DNA from: Oscillospiraceae bacterium
Lineage (GTDB): Bacteria; Bacillota; Clostridia; TANB77; CAG-508
Assembly: GCA_009778695.1 (NCBI GenBank)
Contig: WRFS01000007.1
Coordinates: 7,753-71,752 of the forward strand
DNA length: 64,000 nt
Reading direction: 5' to 3'
Part shown: positions 46,756 to 53,783 of the stretch, in pieces
Position numbering within the stretch: position 1 is the first letter of the stretch
Layout of the letters: each line of letters opens with the position of its first letter
Made by a program: the position numbers and the translations under genes
The notes under the pieces: generated by a model
The model's input: the letters and a program-made list of their open reading frames with translations, nothing else
What the model was told of the DNA's origin: nothing
Database searches by the model: none

Positions 46756-47295
46756 ATGGCAAAGCAAAAGAGTAACCGTAAAGGAATAAGCTTATTAACT
46801 ATTGGTAGTATCCTATTAGTTCTATTAATTATTGGTTTAATAATATATGGTTTGGTGGCAGACAAAAAGAATCAAAACGGAGAAACAACAAAGACTGTAA
46901 TAGACACCAATACGGGTCAAAAGGTAGATCCAAATCTTTTAGCGATATACCAAATGAGTGAATCTGACCGAATAAAGTACTATTTCAATGAATATATTAC
47001 ATATTTGGAAGATAGCAATTATGAAGCGGCATATAACCTATTAGACAAAGACTTTAAAAGTCAATATTTTAAAACATTGTACGATTTCACAAAGTATGTA
47101 CAGGAAAAGTATTTACCTGTAATGTCAGTTCAATATAATGATATTACAAGATTAGGTAATTATTATGTTTTGACAATTGGCTTTTTGGACGTATTTAACT
47201 CTACAGAAGACAATCCAGTTATATGGAAAACTCAAAAATTCATTATATATGAAAACGATTACAACGATTTTGTAATGTCGTTCCAAGCAGAATAG
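46756..47295 (+). CDS. N-terminally anchored NTF2-like protein (VirB8/TcpC-like candidate)
   Basis: TM anchor, then YFNEYITYLEDSNYEAAYNLLDKDFKSQYF..., a pattern typical of NTF2/SnoaL-like folds. Paralogous to the N-terminal domain of the next gene. Confidence 0.4.
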   Translation: MAKQKSNRKGISLLTIGSILLVLLIIGLIIYGLVADKKNQNGETTKTVIDTNTGQKVDPNLLAIYQMSESDRIKYYFNEYITYLEDSNYEAAYNLLDKDFKSQYFKTLYDFTKYVQEKYLPVMSVQYNDITRLGNYYVLTIGFLDVFNSTEDNPVIWKTQKFIIYENDYNDFVMSFQAE

Positions 47296-47309
47296 AGAGG
47301 TGAGAGGTT

Positions 47310-48257
47310 TTGTTTACAAGTTTTAGATTAAGGATAGCGAATTTCTTTAGAAAACATAAAAAAACGGTATTTGGGATATTATTAGCATGGGTAATAATAA
47401 TATTTATAAATGATTTCTTTAAAAGTAATACTTTTGAAAGTTTTCAAAGAACTACATATAGCCCTGATGTACCAATAATTGACATTACTGGTCAAACGGT
47501 ACCAGACAATTTAAAACAGCCAATAAATGATTTGGTGGATACATATTTTAATTATTGCAATACAAAGCAATATGATAAGGCATACGCAATGCTTTCACAA
47601 CAATGTAAAACCATATACTATCCAACATTGCAGGATTTTAAGGATTATGTTGATATGGTATTTAACGAAAATAAAGTATATTATATGCAAAATTATTCAA
47701 ACTACAATAATGTTTATATATACAGAATTAGAATAATGGAAGATATACTAAAAACAGGGTTAACTGGCGAAAGTGATATACAATATTATGAAGAGAAAAT
47801 TGCAATAAGTCAAGATGCGAATGGTAAATTATGGTTGTCAATTAGGGAGTTTATAACAACAGAACCTATGGACGTAGTTTATGAAGATGATTATATGAAA
47901 GTTAGAGTGCTTCAAAGGGATGTTTTTTATGAGAATGAAACGTATACTGTGGAGGTAAAGAATAAATCGGATTATATTATGGTATTAGCAGATGGCACTG
48001 AAAATCCAGAGATAGCTTTGCAGGTTGGTTCTTCAACAAGAACGCCAAATGATAGTAATTTGTATGTTGTTCTTCAACCAGGTGAAACAAAAACGTTTAC
48101 TGTGAATTTCACTAAATTTTATGATGAATCAGATCAGTCAACAGGGTTGACATTTAATGCGGTAAGAGTGCTTAAAACGTATTCAGGCTCTCCTGATACT
48201 AAGCAATATGAATTGGATAACGCAGTGAAGTTGTATAGTACACAAGTGGTATTTTAG
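47310..48257 (+). CDS. N-terminally anchored two-domain protein, NTF2-like plus beta-rich domain
   Basis: TM anchor, then YFNYCNTKQYDKAYAMLSQQCKTIYYPTLQDFKDYV. TTG start. Last gene of the co-directional block. Confidence 0.4.
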   Translation: MFTSFRLRIANFFRKHKKTVFGILLAWVIIIFINDFFKSNTFESFQRTTYSPDVPIIDITGQTVPDNLKQPINDLVDTYFNYCNTKQYDKAYAMLSQQCKTIYYPTLQDFKDYVDMVFNENKVYYMQNYSNYNNVYIYRIRIMEDILKTGLTGESDIQYYEEKIAISQDANGKLWLSIREFITTEPMDVVYEDDYMKVRVLQRDVFYENETYTVEVKNKSDYIMVLADGTENPEIALQVGSSTRTPNDSNLYVVLQPGETKTFTVNFTKFYDESDQSTGLTFNAVRVLKTYSGSPDTKQYELDNAVKLYSTQVVF

Positions 48258-48270
48258 TATAAAATGCCAC

Positions 48271-48416
48271 TTAACATGTCCGCTTGTGGTGGTTAGTATA
48301 TATTTTAAAAAGGCTCCTCCAAGCCTCCGAAGACTCCATGGGCCTCAAAGGGCTGTCGTTCACCTTTTTAAAATATATACTAACCACCACAAGCTACTCT
48401 ACAAAAAAAGTGTTAA
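48271..48416 (+). repeat. Conserved-loop long hairpin element, copy 3 of 5
   Basis: Inner hairpin 48280-48394, stem GCTTGTGGTGGTTAGTATATATTTTAAAAAGG and its complement. Outer arms TTAACA / TGTTAA. Confidence 0.9.
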
Positions 48417-48478
48417 ATAGTAACTGTTAGTATAAAAAATCTCTTATTGGTAAATACTGCCAGTAGGAGGTTTTTATA

Positions 48479-49216
48479 ATGAAAAGAATATATTTATTAG
48501 TTATAGTTTTTTTTCTTACCGTTATGCTATTTTTTGTTTCAAAAAATGATAGCTTAGCCATGTTGAGCTACGAAAAGCCAAGTTTTACATCAGCTTCGGT
48601 AACAGCTAGTGTGTTAAATGTTAGACAAGGTCCAGGTACACAATATAAGGTTGTAACTCAAGTAAAGAAAAATGCTACTGTAAGAATTTTTGCAAAAATA
48701 GGAAATTGGTATGTAATTCAAACAGAGGACAACCATATAGGTGTGGTTTCCAAGGACTATATTAAAGGACATACAAATACAGCAGGGGCATCAACTTCAA
48801 CTGGGAATAGTGGGTCAAGCACAGCAACTACAACAATAAGTGATGAGGATGATGTTTTAAATCGAATAAATGCAGAAAGGAAGAAGGCAGGGCTTCCAGC
48901 ATTAGTTATGGATAAAGATTTGCAAAAAGTGGCTAAAGTAAAAGCACAAGATATGGTAAAGAACAATTATTTTTCTCATACTTCACCAACATATGGTTCG
49001 CCTTTTGATATGATGAAAAGCTATGGAATAACATATAAAGTAGCAGGTGAAAATATAGCAGGAAATTCAACTAATGCAGGGGCAGTTTCTGCATGGATGG
49101 CATCTTCAGGGCATAAGGAAAATATATTGAATAGTGCATATAATTATACTGGAATAGGTGTTGTGAGTAGCCCAAAATATGGTAAAATTTATGTGCAAAT
49201 GTTTGTGGGAAGGTGA
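48479..49216 (+). CDS. Secreted SH3b + CAP/SCP (YkwD-like) domain protein
   Basis: Signal peptide, SH3_3-like ASVLNVRQGPGTQYKVV..GNWYVIQ, CAP-domain motifs YFSHTSPTYGSPFDM..GENIA..GHKENIL. Confidence 0.8.
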   Translation: MKRIYLLVIVFFLTVMLFFVSKNDSLAMLSYEKPSFTSASVTASVLNVRQGPGTQYKVVTQVKKNATVRIFAKIGNWYVIQTEDNHIGVVSKDYIKGHTNTAGASTSTGNSGSSTATTTISDEDDVLNRINAERKKAGLPALVMDKDLQKVAKVKAQDMVKNNYFSHTSPTYGSPFDMMKSYGITYKVAGENIAGNSTNAGAVSAWMASSGHKENILNSAYNYTGIGVVSSPKYGKIYVQMFVGR

Positions 49217-49224
49217 TTTTTTTA

Positions 49225-49372
49225 ATGGGTTAATCTAAAGTTTCCGCCTCCTTAAGTATAGTATAGCTTTTAAAAAGGCTCCTCCAAGTCAAGGGGTAAT
49301 CCGTATGCCTCAAAGGGCTGTCGTTCACCTTTTTAAAAGCTATACTATACTTAAGAAGGCTACTTTGTATGA
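49225..49372 (+). repeat. Conserved-loop long hairpin element, copy 4 of 5 (variant loop)
   Basis: Inner hairpin 49244-49360 with one stem mismatch. A 20-nt loop sub-segment is replaced by an equal-length different sequence (TCAAGGGGTAATCCGTATGC). Confidence 0.85.
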
Positions 49373-49474
49373 TAAGAAAAAATCGGTTTTGGGTGACATA
49401 AAAAATATACATTTATTAAAAATAATAGGTATGCGTTTTGCTTTGTAATAAAGGGTTACGCCGTTTTGGGGAAT

Positions 49475-49503
49475 TTGACAATTTGTGAAATTTGGAGTAT
49501 AAT
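49475..49503 (+). promoter_or_regulatory. Consensus sigma-A promoter of GC-rich cassette E
   Basis: TTGACA, 17-nt spacer, TATAAT. Confidence 0.65.
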
Positions 49504-49556
49504 ATATTTATGGGCAGTTTTATTTTAGTTTTTCAAATCCACAACAGGAGGACGTC

Positions 49557-50054
49557 ATGAAGAAAGCTTTTGCAGCATCGTTGGTAGTGGTTGTACTGGC
49601 AATGGTTAGTGCAGGTTGCGGGAAGAATTATGCAGTTGAAGGTGCAACTGTTGGAGGGCTTGTTGGTACGGTGGTATCCGTAATCTCGCCGAATTCTTCG
49701 GCGAATAGATGGATTGCACCGGGATCAATGGTTGCGGGAGCAGTCGTTGGGTCGATGATCGACAAACCCCAGCCACCACCTCAACAGCAGTACTCACAGC
49801 AGTATCAGCAACGGCAAGGGTATCAGCAGTCGTATCAGCAAGTCCCACTTGAGGTGTGGGACGGGAGTTTCAAAAGGACCAGCTCATACGAGTTGGACAA
49901 TTTTGTACAGCAGCGACAACCTAAGCAGGTTGTTGTGAGAATTTCACGACAAAATGCTCCAGAGGTTGTTAACATGATGTCGCGTTATCAGTATGACGTT
50001 GCCAAAACCCAAGGGGTTGGCGGTCAGCAACAGATAACCTTTGAAAGACTTTAA
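49557..50054 (+). CDS. Lipoprotein with glycine-zipper segment and Q-rich linker (165 aa)
   Basis: Lipobox MVSAG|C, glycine zipper GATVGGLVGTVVSV..GSMVAGAVVGSMI, QPPPQQQYSQQYQQRQGYQQSYQQ. About 45-50% GC by eye. Confidence 0.65.
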   Translation: MKKAFAASLVVVVLAMVSAGCGKNYAVEGATVGGLVGTVVSVISPNSSANRWIAPGSMVAGAVVGSMIDKPQPPPQQQYSQQYQQRQGYQQSYQQVPLEVWDGSFKRTSSYELDNFVQQRQPKQVVVRISRQNAPEVVNMMSRYQYDVAKTQGVGGQQQITFERL

Positions 50055-50079
50055 CCCCTTAGTCGATTGACTTGGGGAA

Positions 50080-50112
50080 CCCAGCACAATTTTTGTGCTG
50101 GGACTTTTTTTT
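50080..50112 (+). terminator. Rho-independent terminator
   Basis: CCCAGCACAA-TTT-TTGTGCTGGG followed by ACTTTTTTTT. Confidence 0.8.
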
Positions 50113-50201
50113 AAATTTATTTTACGTTAGTCTTGCATATTTTTTAAAAATGGGATATTATAATAATTAGTAATAAAAGAAAAAATAAAGAGGGAAGAAT
50201 A

Positions 50202-51210
50202 ATGAATCAAATTTTGTCTATGAATCAACAAAATCCAAATTTTGGAAGCAATTATAATAATCAAAATACAGGTGGTGGAAATGGAAAAACACCAATGGAC
50301 CTGAAAACTGTAAAAAGAATATTTGGAGTGCTATTACTTATATTTGGGTTGGCACTATTTATTGGTGGAATAATGGGACTATTAAGCAAGTCAAGCCAAT
50401 CAGCGACTCGGAAATGGGCTTGCGATTGATGTTCAACAAAATGGCAATGCTATAACAGTTACAATGTCAAGTAATGTTGTAATTGAAAAAGCAGAATATT
50501 CTTGGAACGATGGAGTTAGCAATATAATTGAAGGGAACAGTACGGCAAACTTAACACAAGACTTAGTAATTCCTGAAGGACAAGATAGTGTTTTCAAATT
50601 AACTGTTACAGATATAAATGGAAATACGAAAGATTTTGAAGGAACATATACTGGGCAATCAGCTGTAGATACAACACCGCCTGTGATAGAGTTATCGCCA
50701 CCATCAAATTCAGATGTGGGATCAGATTCGAAATTAGAAATTACAGCAAGAACTACAACTTCAACCATATTATCTTATATAACATACAAATGGGATAATG
50801 GGGATGAAACAAAAATAAATGCGACTGATGATCAGACGACAATAAATGCAACAATAGACATTCCAGATGGAACCCATACGGTAACAGTGGTTGCTGTAAA
50901 AGAAAATGGTGTAGATGCAACTCAGCAAGGGACATATACAGGAATTAAGAAGCCAACGATAAGTGTAGTTGAAGATTCAACTGGGCAATATTTGGTTATA
51001 ACAATGGCTGATGATAAAGCAATTACAGATGCAAGTATAGTTTTGAATGGTAAAAACAGAGCCATAACGGCAGATCAATTTGGAGTTCCGCAAATAATTA
51101 AAAATATACCAATGGATCCTGGACAAAATACAATAACGATAACCGTTACAAATCAAGATGGGGCAACGCAATCATATACTGGACAATATACAAATAGTAA
51201 TAGTCAGTAA
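50202..51210 (+). pseudogene. Anchored surface protein with Ig-like repeats, frameshifted paralogue of 52188..52973
   Basis: ORF 50202..50429 (MNQILSMNQQNPNFGSNYN.., TM) stops. The ectodomain continues in another frame that is open from 50386 (..GNGLAIDVQQNGNAITV..). Confidence 0.6.
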
Positions 51211-51232
51211 ATACAAATAATAGGGGGAAGAT

Positions 51233-52168
51233 ATGGCACAAGAGATATTTGTTGTTGATAATTCAAATAAATTAATATCTAAGCTAAGAAAAGTTTTTAA
51301 ACAAGAGAAAGAGTTTAAGCTTAAAAATATAGAAGACGTTAAATTGGAAGAAGCACTTAATGGTATACCATCGTTAATTATGATTGATGAAGAAAATATT
51401 GATATGGATATTATTGAACTATGTAAAAAAATTAGAATGGATGAAGATAACAGTATTACTCCTATCATGGTGGTTTCAAATACACCAAAAAAAGAACATA
51501 AGATGAATATACTTAAAGAATGTGTTGAGTATGTAATAGAAAAACCAATAGATAAAGAATGTGTTTATTATACAATAAAGAATTTATTAAGATTAGTAAA
51601 TACAAATAGAAGGGTAAGCCCTTTAACAGGTTTGCCGGGGAATGTGCAAATACATGCTGAATTAAAGAAAAGGTTATTATCTAAGAAAACTTTTGCAGTT
51701 TTGTATTTGGATTTGGATAATTTTAAAGCATACAATGATGTATATGGATTTTTAAAAGGAGACGAATTAATAAAGTATACGGCTTCTGCCATAGTAAGGA
51801 ATGTACACGATACTAGTTCAACTGAGAATTTTGTTGGACATATTGGTGGAGATGATTTTATAGCAATAGTGGATAATGATTCATATGAAAATATTTGCCA
51901 AAATATTATACTTGAATTTAGTCACGGAATTTCGGCATACTATTCTGAAGAGGATATGGAAAAAGGTTATTTGGAGGTCCCAAATAGAAAATCAATTATG
52001 GAGCAATTTCCAATTACTTCTTTGTCAATCGGAGTGGTGGTAGTGGATAGAGGTCATTATGCAAATATACTGGAAATAGGCGAAGTTGGGGCACAGGTTA
52101 AACATCTTGCTAAAGCTGCCTTGGGCAATACATACGTGATTAATAGAAGAAAGAAAAATTTTAATTAG
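51233..52168 (+). CDS. Receiver-like domain + GGDEF-family domain protein (motif GGDDF)
   Basis: C-terminal GGDEF fold (LTGLPGN, YLDLDNFKAYNDVYGFLKGDE, GHIGGDDFIAIV). The N-terminal CheY-like region lacks the usual acidic pair. Confidence 0.7.
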   Translation: MAQEIFVVDNSNKLISKLRKVFKQEKEFKLKNIEDVKLEEALNGIPSLIMIDEENIDMDIIELCKKIRMDEDNSITPIMVVSNTPKKEHKMNILKECVEYVIEKPIDKECVYYTIKNLLRLVNTNRRVSPLTGLPGNVQIHAELKKRLLSKKTFAVLYLDLDNFKAYNDVYGFLKGDELIKYTASAIVRNVHDTSSTENFVGHIGGDDFIAIVDNDSYENICQNIILEFSHGISAYYSEEDMEKGYLEVPNRKSIMEQFPITSLSIGVVVVDRGHYANILEIGEVGAQVKHLAKAALGNTYVINRRKKNFN

Positions 52169-52187
52169 AGTAAATGGGGAAAGGGTA

Positions 52188-52973
52188 ATGAATCAAATTT
52201 TATCTATGAATCAACAAAATCCAAATTTTGGAAGTAATTATAATGCGGGTGGCAATGGAAAAAGGCCAAAGAATTCAAAAGCTGTAAAAAGAATATTTAT
52301 AGTGTTGTTAATTGTACTAATATGTATCTTATGTATAGGATTGGGGACGGGTTTATTAAATAAATCAAGACCTTCAGGTGCAATCGAGTCAGAGGCAATT
52401 GAAGATGTGAATAATATTGTAGCTCAACAAAATGAAAGTGGCGATAATACAATAGCTTCAGAAGATTCAACGCAACCTGTTATAGAGTTGACACAGCAAG
52501 GTTCAAAATTACTTGTTACGGCAAAAACTACAACTGGAACTAAATTATCATATATGATGTATAAGTGGGATGCTGGTGATGAAACAAGGATAGATGCTAC
52601 TGATGATCAAACGACAATAGAAACAACAACAAGCGTTTCAGAGGGGTCTCATACAATTACAGTTATGGCTGTAAATGAAAATGGTGTAGAAGCAAATCGT
52701 CAGCAAACGATTATAGGGATTAAGAAGCCTAAAATAAGCGTAACTAAGAATGGAGATTATTTAGTTGTAAGCTTAACTGATGATAAAGCAATTGTAAGTG
52801 CGAATATAATGCTTAATAATAAACCTATTGTACTAACTGAAGATAGATTTGGAGTTCCCAAAATAGAATTTATGATACCAATGTATTCTGGTGCAAACGT
52901 GTTAACGATAACAGTTACAAATCAAGATGGTGCAACGGAAACATTTAATGGACAAGCTATTAAAAGTTCATAA
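52188..52973 (+). CDS. Anchored surface protein with Ig-like repeats (intact paralogue)
   Basis: Same N-terminus as 50202 (57 nt with 2 mismatches), a TM segment, and ectodomain modules shared with 50464..51210 (YKWDxGDET, TITVTNQDGAT). Confidence 0.6.
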   Translation: MNQILSMNQQNPNFGSNYNAGGNGKRPKNSKAVKRIFIVLLIVLICILCIGLGTGLLNKSRPSGAIESEAIEDVNNIVAQQNESGDNTIASEDSTQPVIELTQQGSKLLVTAKTTTGTKLSYMMYKWDAGDETRIDATDDQTTIETTTSVSEGSHTITVMAVNENGVEANRQQTIIGIKKPKISVTKNGDYLVVSLTDDKAIVSANIMLNNKPIVLTEDRFGVPKIEFMIPMYSGANVLTITVTNQDGATETFNGQAIKSS

Positions 52974-53025
52974 ATGGAAGGCCATAATCTGTGAAATTCC
53001 ATTGTAGAAAGGAAAAGCAAATCAT

Positions 53026-53054
53026 ACTTGACATAACATGTCAAGTATGATAAA
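53026..53054 (+). promoter_or_regulatory. Promoter of GC-rich cassette F, overlapped by a 21-nt palindrome
   Basis: TTGACA, 17-nt spacer, TAAAAT. The palindrome ACTTGACAT-AAC-ATGTCAAGT (53024-53044) covers the -35 box. Confidence 0.6.
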
Positions 53055-53107
53055 ATATAACGATGAAACCGTAGTTTTTCAACAACTTATAATTATAAGG
53101 TGAAACT

Positions 53108-53515
53108 ATGTCAAAGCCAATTGAGGTAAACGAAAATAGCAAGAAAAAATTGATGAGAAAACTAGTTAGGGAGTTTGTACTCCCAAAACTACTGGAAACA
53201 AAGAAAAAGTTTCCAGGCCGTAGTACTCCAGTAGTACTGACGTTGGGTGGAGCGTATGACGAAAGGGATATGTGGTATGCTTGCAAAGCGGGTAGGAACA
53301 CAAAAGTGATGACCTACACGCAAACAATTGAGGTTCCCAGTTATGTGAGAGGATTGTTTCTCTTGCTTGATAAAAATCCAACCATGTACGCCAATTATAT
53401 GGTAAGGAGCGGTTGGAAACTATGGAGAATAAAGTTTGAATATGAAGGCTATTACCCAAACGGGAATAGTCTTAGCTTGAGGAAGTGGAAGTTTGTCTTA
53501 TTGGAGGATGATTGA
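53108..53515 (+). CDS. Hypothetical protein (135 aa), GC-richer than surroundings
   Basis: Intact ORF with RBS AAGGTGA, flanked by its own promoter and terminator. No recognisable motif. Confidence 0.5.
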   Translation: MSKPIEVNENSKKKLMRKLVREFVLPKLLETKKKFPGRSTPVVLTLGGAYDERDMWYACKAGRNTKVMTYTQTIEVPSYVRGLFLLLDKNPTMYANYMVRSGWKLWRIKFEYEGYYPNGNSLSLRKWKFVLLEDD

Positions 53516-53522
53516 TGTGAAT

Positions 53523-53565
53523 GCCTCGTGTAATTGTAGTTTCAATTACACGGGGCGTTTTTATT
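53523..53565 (+). terminator. Rho-independent terminator
   Basis: CCTCGTGTAATTG-loop-CAATTACACGGGG followed by CGTTTTTATT. Confidence 0.8.
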
Positions 53566-53593
53566 ATGATGTAAAAAAATATTTTAAAAAAAA

Positions 53594-53663
53594 TTAGCAA
53601 AAGGTATTGACAATTGCTAATTTTTATTATAATATATTAGCAGTCGTGGTTAGCGACTGCTAA
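53594..53663 (+). promoter_or_regulatory. hrcA promoter region with a canonical-format CIRCE operator and a degenerate upstream copy
   Basis: CIRCE TTAGCAGTC-N9-GACTGCTAA at 53637-53663. A degenerate TTAGCAAAA-N9-AATTGCTAA lies at 53594-53620. TTGACA (53607) and TATAAT (53628) are 15 nt apart. Confidence 0.8.
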
Positions 53664-53783
53664 TAGTAGAGGGACCCTCAAAAGTATTTGCGAAGCAAAA
53701 CTTTCAGGGAGAGCCGACGAACAGTGGATTAGACGAGAGTTTGCACTTGTGCAAACTTGAGGGAAAGGAACTCGTGATGAGGC

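Noticed and set aside
34007-47295. A prophage tail module interpretation, based on a giant tape-measure-like protein with a peptidase-like end plus an NlpC/P60 hydrolase.
   Set aside because: No capsid, portal, terminase, tail tube/sheath or lysis genes are present. The genes are embedded between pilin-like, PrgI-like and VirB4-like genes and the VirB6-like paralogues on one strand. That fits a T4SS better.
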